From the human T2T-CHM13v2.0 reference genome, Homo sapiens: a DNA stretch of 64,000 nucleotides. The position numbers and the translations under genes were made by a program. The stretch lies in the NCBI RefSeq assembly GCF_009914755.1, contig NC_060929.1. One strand, given 5' to 3'. Within the stretch, counting starts at the first letter, position 1; each line of letters begins with the position of its first letter. Of this stretch, positions 1 through 13,127 are shown one piece after another. The notes under the pieces were generated by a model, which saw nothing but the letters and a program-made list of their open reading frames with translations, had not been told where the DNA came from and did not search any database.

Positions 1-144
1 CTCCCTTGTCCGGGTGTGCGCTCACCATTGCTCCATCTGTGAGAGTGCAACCTTCTATAGAAGTAAACTGCGTTGCTGAGAAGAAAAAAAAATTTTATAT
101 TCGAGTGCTATTTCTTCTGTGGCACCAAAACTTTATTTATAACA
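1..144 (+). mobile_element. 3' end of an ERV1-class LTR (MER83/MER84-like; family uncertain)
   Basis: Contains a ...CTTCTATAGAAGTAAA-TGC-TTGCTGAG... motif and terminates in ...TTTATTTATAACA; resembles the 3' ends of MER4-group LTRs. Confidence 0.5.
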
Positions 145-389
145 GAAACCAAGCTGTCAGAGCTCTGGAACCATAGCTGTCTGCTAGGTGTCTCTAGCCA
201 TAGTTTTGCTTCCCCTTCACAGATGCAGTTTGTCTAAAATTGAAGCCATAACCCCTCCAAAGCCACTCTTTCTCCACTATTTATTTTGATGAATGGCCCA
301 TCGTAATCTAGATTTTCAAATCAAAATATAGGATTATTTCAGTTGCTCTTTTCTCATATCTACATCTAATTAATCAAAAAGACTAGTTC

Positions 390-1203
390 TGAAGCAGGAA
401 ATTTTCCTGACCCCTTCATGGGTGGGGGCAGGAACTGGAGCACATAGGATCTAGAACTAGCTGGCCGCTTTGGGTCTGGCAGGGGTGGACTCCATTCACT
501 GGGTCCCACTGCGTTCCACAGGAACGGGGAGCACAGGTGAGTGGGTGCAGGAGCTGGGGCCAGTGCATGCAGGAGCAAAACTCTATGTGGCCCTTGGCAG
601 TGTCTAGAGGGGTACCTAAGGCCCCTGAAGCCCCAGAGGGTGTGTGTTACAGTGCTCTTTTAACTTTGCCATCCACTGATGGCTTAAATGTTAAACAGCT
701 CAGTAGGCCCTCTGTTTTTTGGTGTGAGGCACTTGCTCTCTGCCAGTGAGGGCAGAGGGTCAGTGTGACAGCCTTTAGTGTCACACCTGTGGCACCTGAG
801 CTCTTGTTTGGCATCCAGGAAAAATCAGGTCACAGGAACAAATTGAATAATGGTGAATGCAGAGGATTTTATTGCCGATGAGAGTGGCTGTCAATGGGAA
901 GGGGAGCTGAAAAGGGGATGGAGTGAGAAGGTGATCTTCCCCAGGAGCAACGCCATTAAGCCATACCTCTGAAGTCGAGCTGTTTCTTCTCTCCTCTCCT
1001 CTCTGCCATTGGAGCCTGGGGTTTTTATGGGCACAGGATGGGGGGCAGGGGGACCATAGGTGGTTTTGGAAAAGGCAACATTCAAGAGGGAAAACAGGGA
1101 TGCATGTTCTCACTTTGGGCTGTGTTTTCAGGCTTGAGGTTGGAGCCCTCACTGGGGACCTGCCCTCTTCTGCCCAGAATTTCCCTGCCTTCTATCCCTG
1201 TCA
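390..1203 (-). mobile_element. Solo ERV1 LTR (LTR1/LTR27/LTR28 group)
   Basis: TG...CA termini with a 4-bp TSD GTTC (386-389, 1204-1207). The minus strand begins TGACAGGGATAGAAGGCAGGGAAATTCTGGGCAGAAGAGGGC, like the LTR1 family. Confidence 0.75.
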
Positions 1204-1321
1204 GTTCCATTTGCAAATACAGTTTATCTCAACATTTCTTCTTCAACATTTCCTCTGCCTTACTTCTGGTTTCCATAATTTCCCCCAAATCTTTTCTATG
1301 TTCTCCTTGCCCACCTCTAAT

Positions 1322-2378
1322 TATTGGGGGAACCTGCCCCCAATATTTCAACATAGGTTCTTTCTATTTTCCATAAGTGTCAGTCAGCTGAGAAATAGAG
1401 AAAGAGTACAAAGGGAGGAATTTTACAGCTGGGCTGCCGGGGGTGACATCACATATCAGTAGGACCGTGATGCCCACCTGAGCCTCAAACCAGCAAGTTT
1501 TTTATTAAGGGTTGCAAAAGGGAAGGGGGTGTAAGAACAGAGAGTAGGTACAAACATCACATGCTTCAAAGGGCAAAAAGCAGAACAAAGATCATATGCT
1601 TCTGAGGGAACAGGACAAAGGGCAAAAGCAGAACTACTAATAAGGGTCCAACAAAGATCACAAGACAAAGGGCAAAAGCAGAGCTACTGATAAGGGTCTA
1701 TGTTCAGCAGTGCATGTATTATCTTGATAAACATCTTAAACAACAGAAACAGGGTTCGAGAGCAGACAACTGGTCTGACCACAAATTTACCAGGGCCGGG
1801 TTTTTCCCCACCGTAGTAAGCCTGAGGGTACTGCAGGAGACCAGGGCATATCTCAGTCCTTATCTCAACCACATAAGACAGAGCAGCCGTTTATAGACCT
1901 CCCCCCAGGAATGCATTCCTTTACCAGGGTATTAATATTAATATTCCTTGCTAGGAAAAGAATTTAGTGATATCTTCCCTACTTGCACGTCCGTTTATAG
2001 GCTCTCTGCAAGAAGAAAAATATGGCTGTTTTTGCCCAACCCCGCAGGCAGTCAGCCCATATGGTTGACTTCCCTTGTTCCCTAAAAATTGCTGTTATTC
2101 TGTTCTTTTTCAAGGTGCACTGATTTCATATTGTTCAAACACACATGTTTTACAATCAATTTGTACAGTTAACACAATTATCACAGTGGTCCTGAGGTGA
2201 CGTACACCTTCAGCTTACGAAGATAACAGGATTAAGAGATTAAAGTAAAGACAGGCATAAGAAATTATAAAAGTATTATTTGGGAACTGATAAATGTCCG
2301 TGAAATCTTCACAATTTATGTTCCTCTGCTGCGGCTCTAGCAGGTCCCTCTGTTTGGGGTCCATGACTTCCCGCAACA
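1322..2378 (-). mobile_element. Solo MER11A-like (HERVK11) LTR
   Basis: The minus strand starts TGTTGCGGGAAGTCATGGACCCC. About 1.06 kb, with a 6-bp TSD TCTAAT/TCCAAT and internal GGGCAAAAGCAGAAC repeats. Confidence 0.85.
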
Positions 2379-3411
2379 TCCAATCAATCCTCCATAATGG
2401 GCAAAGTGATCTTTCCATAGTGTAAATGTGTTCCCACCACTCTCTGGAGTAATCCTACTTAAAACCGTTTTCAGCACAAAATTCAAACATCTAAACATGA
2501 TCTTGCTGGCTTTGCTTTTGTGGCTTTACCCTCTTTCTCCCCAAACCTAGCTAGTGTTTGTGCTGCCTGTAATGCCCTTCTTTCTTTGCAGGGGTCGCCA
2601 CTTTAGGTCCTGGTCCTCCTTCAGAAAGTTTTTCCTCTTTCTCCCCAGCGGGGATAGGGTCTGTTTATTTTGACACCATTAGCTCACTTACACACATTGG
2701 TCACAAGTCTAGGCTGCACCGTTATTGAAAGTTTACCATCTGACTCTGAGTAGCTTGAGGATCCTATCAAAACTCAGGAGATGCTCAGTAAATGTTGATT
2801 GAACTATGACTGTTCTCAACATACAAACGCAAGATCATTTAGGAACACTTGTCAAAATGTTTTTGCCCCTTGAGATTCTATTTTGGGAGGTAAGCAGTGG
2901 GGGTCCAGGACTCTGCATTTTGACAGTCCCCTGATGTTTGCATGTAGAAGTGCAGGGATTATTACACTGACAAATCTTTACCATCCCTAAGGGGGACTTT
3001 CCTTCCCAGGGGCTATCTCTGGAAGCCCCTCAAGGATAGGGGCCGCATGCTGTTTCTCTAGGTCAGCAACTAAACCCAGAAAACGTTTATTGAGTGAATG
3101 ATGAAACGACAGGTGAATAGATGAACGCAAGGTGTCGAGTTAACTATTCTTCTACACAAGTCCTAGCAGCTCCCATTGCTTCCAGCCGCAGAAATGGCCC
3201 CTGGAAGGCAAGTCTTCCAGCGAGTGGAGTCACTCTTAACTACATTTCCCAGGATTCCAAGGGAGCCGCGCGCTCTGCGCTCATCTTCCTACCAGAAATC
3301 GGCAAGTCACTGACCCTCGTCCCGCCCCCGCCATTCGCCGCCTCCTCCTGTCCCGCAGTCGGCGTCCAGCGGCTCTGCTTGTTCGTGTGTGTGTCGTTGC
3401 AGGCCTTATTC

Positions 3412-3469
3412 ATGGGCTCACCGCTGAGGTTCGACGGGCGGGTGGTACTGGTCACCGGCGCGGGGGCAG
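3412..3469 (+). CDS. HSD17B4: HSD17B4 coding exon 1 (MGSPLRFDGRVVLVTGAGA-G)
   Basis: Translation matches the D-bifunctional protein N-terminus and the start of the SDR TGxxxGxG motif; donor GTGAGC at 3470. Confidence 0.98.
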
Positions 3470-3589
3470 GTGAGCATGCGAAGGTTGGAGGCCGCGCCCC
3501 TTGCTGAGGCGCAGCTGGCTGCTCTTTTCGGGCCGGCATACGCGCGCAGCCGCAGCTGAGGTCACCCCGCTGAGGTGGTGGGGAGGGGA

Positions 3590-3657
3590 ATGGTTATTCT
3601 TGAGGCACCGCATCTCTTGAGGAGGAAAGAGCCGGAAACACCTGGTCTCTCAAGCAG
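3590..3657 (+). CDS. HSD17B4: Alternative N-terminal coding segment (MVILEAPHLLRRKEPETPGLSS-R) in an extended exon 1
   Basis: ATG at 3590, donor CAG/GTACAG at 3658. It joins exon 2 in a shifted frame and returns to the main frame through exon 22476-22540. Matches my recollection of a longer annotated isoform. Confidence 0.7.
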
Positions 3658-5142
3658 GTACAGCCCGCTTCTCCCCAGCACCCCGGTGTGGGCTTCCCAA
3701 GGTCCTGCCTGAGAGGAGAGGCCAGGCTGGGCTGCTGATTGCAAAACTGGGTGAAAGTTCTCCCTGACCCTTATCTGTGGGCATCGATTGTTACTCTTCC
3801 TGCAATTAACTCTCTTAGATCTTTGCCTAGTCTTTTAAAGGACTGAAAAGCCGCGAGGGGCGGGGGCTGGAATTCGCCCCCTGAAGCGCAGAGATGTCAG
3901 CTCCTGAAAAGTCATTCGGTCGTTCAGTGTTTGTTTCCCTCTGTCGTAAGATTTTAAGTTCGTGAGAGGACCTTCTTTAAAGAGGGCGTCTGATAAGAGC
4001 CCTTCCCCGTTGGAGTTTGTATGCTTAGCAAGTCACAATCTGTTCTCGAAATCCACTGGAGTCTTGGCAGAGGTTGTAAGCTCAAATGCGCACAGGGGTC
4101 AGGCGTATGATGGAGAAAGAAAATGGGAGTAGGATGGGCACATCTGAGGAACTGGAGAGCAGAGAATTCCGAAGTGGACCGGCCAGTGGGAAAGTTGCCT
4201 GTATTTCAGGAGCGGCAAAATGGAAAATTGTTATGTGAAATAGCCCCATTTTTTAAAGTACAAAAAATTAAAACAAACCATTCATACCAACATAGATGCT
4301 GTGCAGTGAGATTTTACATTAGTTTCTCACCAGTGGGTGACCTCTGTAACCTCCAAGTGCAGGGATCTTGACATTATGCACCTTTGATTCTCCACTGGTA
4401 GTACCTTATACCTGGAAAGGCCCTAATGCATGAATTATTTGAGTTATATATTAAACGTTACAAACTGGAATTCTGTCAATTAATTCCTATGTACTTTCAT
4501 ATCTGTATTGATAAAGTGGCTTCTTATGCTGCCTTTCAGAAAATGCTTTCAGTGTTGATGAATAGCCAAGTATTTTATACCCATAGCTGTCTGGTTATCT
4601 CTGCATGGGCATGTATTTGGGTGTAGTCATACCTTCTAAATGTTTTTAGGAAAACATTTTGTTTACACTTTGCTTTTATTGTAAATAATGTATTTTACAA
4701 CGCTTGGTGTTTTAAATCTTTTTTGACAGCTCTTGGATAATTTTCATGCAGGAGGTCCAGGGATTACATTCTAAGACGTTTTTGCCATCGCTAAGGAGAC
4801 TTTCCTTTTCAGGGGCTATATCTGAAAATCATTCAAGGATAGGGACTGCTTCTTTTGACACCATTAGCATACTTACACATGGTATGCAGTACATTTTACA
4901 CCAGTACTCAGTACACTTACACAAGCACATACATCTGTATTTAAAACCAGTTCATGATATAGTGTGTAGTACAGGCAATGCATCCTGAAATTTATTTTCT
5001 ATTCTGTTTTATTTATAAATTGTAATTGTAACCCACAAAATTGATTTTGTGAAACAATGAGTTGTGACTAGACAGTTATGAACTTAGCACCTGCTGTTCA
5101 TAAACTGGTTAAATTCTCTCTTACCCATTCAGAGTTGATTAA

Positions 5143-5757
<615 letters not shown>

Positions 5758-6069
5758 TTGGGTTGTTTTTGGAAGGGGCTAATAATTTATGTATCTCAGT
5801 TTGTTATTTGTATACTTATTGATTAATTTATACTAAATATAAATTGTTAATTAAATTTATTCATTTGTCAATGAAATTTATCAATTAACTTAAAATGTAA
5901 AAAATATACACATATTAAAAAATGTAAACAATACAGAAAAACAATCCAGAAGTAAGCCTTCCACCCCTTATTGCTAGCCACATAGTTCTGTCCTCCAGAG
6001 GTAACCACTAATTGCCAGTTTCTAATGTGTTTTTCCCGAGATACTCTATGCCTATAAAACTTCTCTCTT

Positions 6070-6504
<435 letters not shown>

Positions 6505-7154
6505 TCAAGGTTCACTGTGGGATACAGAAACCACTAGATATTTTAAGCAGCAAAGGATTCAATACAGGCAATTAGGTTTTAGGCAGGTCTTCTTAGAATA
6601 ACTTCTGAAACAATAGGAAATTGATCCATTAGAGGAGGCAATACCTCTGAGGCTGTCATTGGAGCTGTGCCACAGCCCAAGTAGCACTGGCACTAGGGAC
6701 CTGAAGTATGGAAGCTGCCATCCAGGGATTAGGGAGCTGAATGAAGAAGTCGCTGCTATAGTCAGTTTCTGAATACCTAGGAACTTTCAAGAAAACTAGC
6801 TTCTTAACAACAACAGCCAGAACTCCCAGTAAGGTGGTCTCTGTCTCACTTACACCTTCTAAGTTTTATGCAGATGCATCAGATGGTGGAACCCAATTCA
6901 CAGCATCCTAGCAGCTAAGTAGAATGGTAGGAAGTGGTAGTAGAATAGGTGGAAAAATACAGTTTTAAGCTTTCCAACCTCTGCAAGCAGAAGAGAGTGG
7001 ATAGGTTGAGAATGTCAGTGATAGGATAGGTTGAGAGTATCATTAAAATGTAATTAATTGTTCACCAATTTCTTTAAATGGGGATTGAGTTGAGCGGACC
7101 AAAAAAATTATGCTGACATTTCTTCAACTTTCTGATTATTTTGTTTTTGATTAG

Positions 7155-7208
7155 GATTGGGCCGAGCCTATGCCCTGGCTTTTGCAGAAAGAGGAGCGTT
7201 AGTTGTTG
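7155..7208 (+). CDS. HSD17B4: HSD17B4 exon 2 (GLGRAYALAFAERGALVV-V), 54 nt
   Basis: TTAG acceptor and GTAAGT donor; completes the GAGAGLG NAD-binding motif. Confidence 0.98.
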
Positions 7209-7434
7209 GTAAGTTGGTGTGTTTTTCTTTTTAATCTGTAGCTGATAACTGAAATACAATCTTTACAAGCTATCTTTGTCTTTCTATCAAATAATTTGTC
7301 AAGGTTGAATTTTATTATTAATTTTTACTTTTGCCAGAAGGTTTTTACCCCGACTAAGGCTGTCTGTCTAAATTACTTTTAAAAGGGAACCAGTTTCACA
7401 GAATTCCCAGCTTAACAGAATTGATAACGAAGGG

Positions 7435-7600
7435 CTAGGGGGTAGGCATGCTGGCTTGTGGCTATAACTCCAGTGACTCAGGAGGCTGAGGTGGGAGGAT
7501 CGCTTGAGACCAGGAGTTCGAGCCTGCAGAGAACTATGATTATACCACTGCACTCCAATCTGGGTGATGGCGCAAAAAAAACCCTGTTTCTCACAGAAAA
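7435..7600 (+). mobile_element. Alu monomer (FRAM/FAM-like)
   Basis: Single-arm Alu similarity: ACTCAGGAGGCTGAGGTGGGAGGATCGCTTGAG...CCACTGCACTCCA. Confidence 0.75.
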
Positions 7601-9186
7601 GGGTGGGGACAAGCATTTATTGTATAAAAGGAAATTCTTGACTTCAGTAAATTGTAGGCTGTAATTTTTTGAGACAGGAGGTTTGTCTACTGGTGCGAGA
7701 TCAAAAGAGAGCCCCTGTAAGTGTATTGATAAAAGTAAGAAATAACTGAATTTTGAGAACTGGAAGTTTGGAGTCAAGGAATCTAAAGTATGGGTTTCTT
7801 GACTCTTTCATCAAAACTTTTCAGCTGGAAGTGTTTTAAAAAAATTTAATTGAGGGGGCAGTTACATGAGTTTTTGTTTGTGGAGGGGTCAGATGGAAGA
7901 TACTGTATTGAAGAATCCTAAAGGTGGGAGGTTTTAGTAATCTGCATGGTTTGGACTGATCTAATGTGCTTGACAGTTGGTGTGGACACAGAAACGAATT
8001 TGTCCACAACTGAGCCTTTCTGGGGAATAACTAAATGGGTGCTAAGTGCAGGGGGATATGTAGGACCCAGTACTTATTAGCATATTTCCTGGGATAAAAC
8101 TGTGGGCCCACAATGATCTTCTAATTTCAGCTTTCTGACATCTTAACGAGGCAATACAGAGAGACGAATTTTCATCAGTTTGTTCAGGGAGACACATATA
8201 ACAAAAGAGTAAGCAAGCAACCAGGTTTTCTAAACAAGCCCTAAGCAGAGCACTTGATACACTTTTCTCCTTCATTGTGGATGTGTAGCTTATCTTTATG
8301 GAAGGAACACTGACGCTTTGGATGTTCCTTGTTTAAGATCATAGGCACTGTCTGCTAATCCAATCTGCTTCTTCTGGCAGGGATGAATTTTGACATTGTA
8401 TTATTTGGACAGCGAGTATATATTTCAGGCCCACTTTGTCAGATTTTCCCAAGAATAGCTCATGTTGAGGCCTAAAGACACATGCTGTTACTATTTTTAA
8501 TTTTCCTTCTCTTTTTATGTTGCTATTTAGTTCTTAATATTTTTACCTTATATGTTTTTATTTATTTACATCTTTTCTGCTCAATTCCATAACGGCAAGG
8601 ATCTTGTTTTATCTTTTGTATCTACTAAAGGACCTAGAATATTTCTTTGTGCAAAGAAGGTACTTTGTTCATTGGTTCTTTTATTGTTGATATACTTTTC
8701 TGGGGGAAGGGTGTGTTTGAGATTGGTTGAATACATTTCTTTTTTTTGTTCTTGACTAAGATATAAACTTAGTTTATAAACCTGTTTTGTAAAAAATTTT
8801 ATAACAGTGTGTTCCTGTGCATCAATTTTCCTTTATTTCCCTGTTCCCTCTCAATTTCTTAAATTCAGATTAGGAGTATTTGAATTCTAAGAAAAAATTA
8901 AACAGAGATGCTGTGTCTATCTATTTTGTCATTGCATTATTATAGTAGAGATGATAATTGTGTCAAGTCCTGATAAAAGTCCAAGAATATAGAAGAAAAA
9001 TATTTCATAAACTTGAATGAAGAGCCAGATTTAGTTTAGTATTAAGGAGGAGAATTCAATCCATGTGGAAGTGCAGAAATTTTGACTGATGTTTTCTATT
9101 CCTTTTTAAAGTCTGTGTCTTACCTGTTAGCCTTTTTACATGTACACCATAGACACCGTGTTTCCAAGTTGCATCACACACACTAA

Positions 9187-9423
9187 TTTTTTTTTTTTTT
9201 TTGAGATGGAGTCTTGCTCTGTTGCCCAGGCTGGAGTGCAGTGGCGTGATCTTGGCTCACTGCAACGTCTGCCTCCGGGTTCAAGCAGTTCTCTGCCTTA
9301 GCCTTCCAAGTAGCTGGGATTACAGGCGCCTGCCACCAAGCCTGGCTAATTTTTTTTTTTTTTTTTTTTAAGTAAAGATGCGGTTTCACCATCTTGGCCA
9401 GGCTGGTCTTGAACTCCTGACCT
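9187..9423 (-). mobile_element. AluS, 5'-truncated
   Basis: Poly-T plus antisense Alu body ending at GAACTCCTGACCT. Confidence 0.9.
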
Positions 9424-10346
9424 CTTTTTAGAAGTGGCATGTCACTTCTACCGACATTTCATTGGCCAAAGGAAATCATTTGGCTAAGCCAAAAGTTAGG
9501 GGCATCATTTAAGATAGTCTCCAATTTTGTGTTAATATGATTGCTATGTTTTATATTCCATAATATAAAGCTTATGGGATATTTAAATTTGGTATAAGAA
9601 CTGCTAAGCCTTAGGCTGATACTGTAAAAAGGGACATTTGCTTTTGTGTAAATTACATCTTTCAGGAAATGCTTGTGCATTTCTTAAGTAGGTTATTGGG
9701 AATTCAGTAGTTTTGAGGTTTCCTCAGTAGGTGAGCTATATCTAGTTCTCTGAATAGTAAGTTTTATTTTGAGGACATAAACACAAGAAGGACTGACAAA
9801 AAGGAGCAAAAAGAACTCCTTAGTAAAAGAAAGGGAGTTCTACTCTTGAACTGAAGTAACACCTTTGGGTAAATTGAATTACAATCTTTTTAAGTAAGAT
9901 TGACATGACTTTTCCGTGCTACAGTTACATAATAATGGTAAAGCTGAGTCTTAACTTCCTGTGGCCTGATGCTAGAGCCATTGTTTTTAACCCCTATGGG
10001 ATCTTGACAGCTGGAAGGTGAACTGTAGTGGGCAAGGTGCATTGCCTTTGAAGTCAGGCCAAGTTTTAAATCCTGGCTCTGCTGCCTAATTATATGACCT
10101 CTCTGTTTATAGCTGTCTTAGCTAACTTCCGGGATTATGGTGAGGGTAAATGACAAAAAATTAAAGACTTTCGGAAAGGGAAGAGAAAGGAACCAATATC
10201 AGTCCCTGCTTACCATATATGACTCACTCTGCTCAAGAACTGGATATATCAAAGTGAAGGTCTTGTTGACTGAGGTCTTGTTGACTCAAGGCACATCCTA
10301 GCCCCCTTATACATGTTTCTCCTAGATGCTTAAAGGAAAAGCTCTG

Positions 10347-11099
<753 letters not shown>

Positions 11100-11453
11100 G
11101 GCTGCTTTAGGCACTGATACACTCTCCGCAACGGTAAGTATAGTACTTAGTAATCAAGAATATATACTGATTGAATAAGTGAAACTGATATAATACAGGG
11201 AGAAAGATCATAAGAAGGCACATGTGAATTCCAGCTGATAATAAATGAGCCGTACATGAAATACCCACATCTCCCTTGGATACCTCCATGACTATCACCA
11301 ATCTGGATTATGGGGGAAAACCTTTGAATAAATTTAGAGTAGCTCTTAGCTATTTGTCATTTTAAGAGCTAGAGTAGTTCTTAGCAAGTCGTTATTTTGT
11401 CATTTGCCAGTTTTAAAAAAAGTAATAAGGTTAATAGACTTAACATCAAATAG

Positions 11454-11950
11454 ATTCATTTATTCATCTAACATGTATTTATTAAGCGTCTATTATGTAG
11501 CAAACACTGTTCTAGATGCCAGAGGAATATAGTGGGAATAAAACAGAGTCCCTACTTTCATGGTGCATATATTCTAGTGGGGAGTAGTGGAGGGACAGAT
11601 AATCAAGAAATACATATGTAAAAATATAATAGATGTAGGTGCTGTGGAGAAAAAAATGAGTGAATGGAACAGAAAATGCTTTAAGGAGAGACTGCAGGAA
11701 GTGAAGGAGTGCGCCTTGAGGAGATCTGCTGTCGCGGCATCCCTGGCAGAAGAAGCAGCTGAAGCCAGGTTACTGAGGCTGCATCTGGCATGGTATGTTT
11801 TAGGGTTAGGAAGGGAGCCAGTGTGGTTATATAGCGAGCAAGGTCATAAGGGAGACAAAAGTGAGAGATGAGGGCAGAGGGGTCCTAGAAGGCCAGATCA
11901 CATAGGACCTTTAGTTCAGAGTAAGGACTAACTTTTACCCTGAGATGGGG
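11454..11950 (-). mobile_element. L2 fragment (3' end)
   Basis: ATTCATTTATTCAT...TTTATTAAGCGTCTATTATG...CACTGTTCTAG, the antisense L2 3' signature. Confidence 0.65.
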
Positions 11951-12441
11951 TAAAAAGCAATGTACATAATAGTCATCAAGTAATATTGATGCTCAGATAT
12001 GAACTTTATTTCTCTCTCAACATTTCAGTAAAGGAATTTATGATTCATATCTTATGTAACAAAGAATTAAGATCTTTTATAAATAAAGGACATTTACAAA
12101 TCTATAAGCAAGTATCCCAAATAAAATGTGAACTAAATAGGCAAAACAATAATAAATATACATATAAGCCATGAAAATAAAATATTACTTTACTAGTGCT
12201 CAAAAAAATGTAGACTAAAATAATGAGCTACAAATTATAATCATGTAATTGTCAGACTGAAGGCAATGATAATAACCAATGTTGTGAGAATGTGGGGTAA
12301 CAGGCATTCTCACAAACACGTGGTTCTATTTTCAGGCTATTGATGCCTGATAATTTGGTACCTTGTACTTAGTTATCTATTTACCTACTTATAGAATACT
12401 TTTTATCGGATCTAAGTGTGTTTTAGAATTCCTTGGATCCT

Positions 12442-12738
12442 GGCTGGGTGCAGTGGCTCACGCCTGTAATCCCAACAGTTTGGGAGGCTGAGGCAGGAGG
12501 ATTGCTTGAGGCCATGAGTTTAAGACCAGCCTGGGCAACATAGCAAGGCCCGCTGTCTTTGCCAAAAAAAAAAAAAAAAAGCCACGTGTGGTGGTGCATG
12601 CCTGTAGTCTTAGCTACTCAGGAGGCTGAGGCAGGAGGATGGTTTGAGCCTGGGAGTTTGAGACTTCAATGAGCTATCATTGTGTCACTGCACTCAGCCT
12701 GGGTGACAGTGATACCCTGTCTCAAGAAAAAACGAAAA
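12442..12738 (+). mobile_element. AluJ
   Basis: Dimeric Alu with J-type GGAGGATTGCTTGAG motifs. Confidence 0.9.
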
Positions 12739-13087
12739 GGATTTCCCAATATTCGTACATTCCCAATATAGCACGTATTTGACAAAATTTTGGGAATGCT
12801 TTTTAGGAAAAATCTTCTGTAGTTAATAGACTGTCCGAGTCACTGATTTATTTAAAATGACAGAAACAAGGAAAAGATTTATGTTAAAAAAAACCCTCCA
12901 GGGTTATGAACTAGATTTTATATGGAAAATGTACAAATGTATCACACTTTGGAACATTTTGATAGTTTCAGCTGAAAAGACTTGACCCTTGACTATCATA
13001 GTCTTACCATTTTTTGCTACCTATTTGAAAGCTATTTGAGTTGGGTGGTTGATTTATCTTTTGCTTCATATCCTCCCCCAACAAATG

Positions 13088-13090
<3 letters not shown>

Positions 13091-13124
<34 letters not shown>
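13091..13124. repeat. Pure T34 homopolymer
   Basis: Read directly from the sequence. Confidence 0.95.

Positions 13125-13127
<3 letters not shown>

Larger units (their letters stand above)
3255..3900 (+). promoter_or_regulatory. HSD17B4: CpG-island promoter and exon 1 region of HSD17B4 with a GC box (CCCGCCCCCG, 3321-3330)
   Basis: Dense CpGs surround the ATG at 3412 in an otherwise CpG-poor window; Sp1-type box; no obvious TATA box. Confidence 0.85.

Noticed and set aside
1561-1700. Repeat-spacer-like GGGCAAAAGCAGA array
   Set aside because: Internal tandem repeats of the MER11A LTR in a eukaryotic genome; not CRISPR.
3121-3507. 128-aa ORF appearing to extend HSD17B4 N-terminally
   Set aside because: The ATG at 3121 lies upstream of the likely TSS/GC box. 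The ORF is just exon 1 read in frame into its flanks.
3240-3539. 99-aa antisense ORF across exon 1
   Set aside because: GC-rich sequence has few stops; no recognisable protein or independent gene structure.
10259-10288. Short tandem duplications (GGTCTTGTTGACT x2; similar at 6999-7036, 40899-40926, 54391-54420)
   Set aside because: Ordinary slippage duplications of two copies; not a repeat-spacer array.
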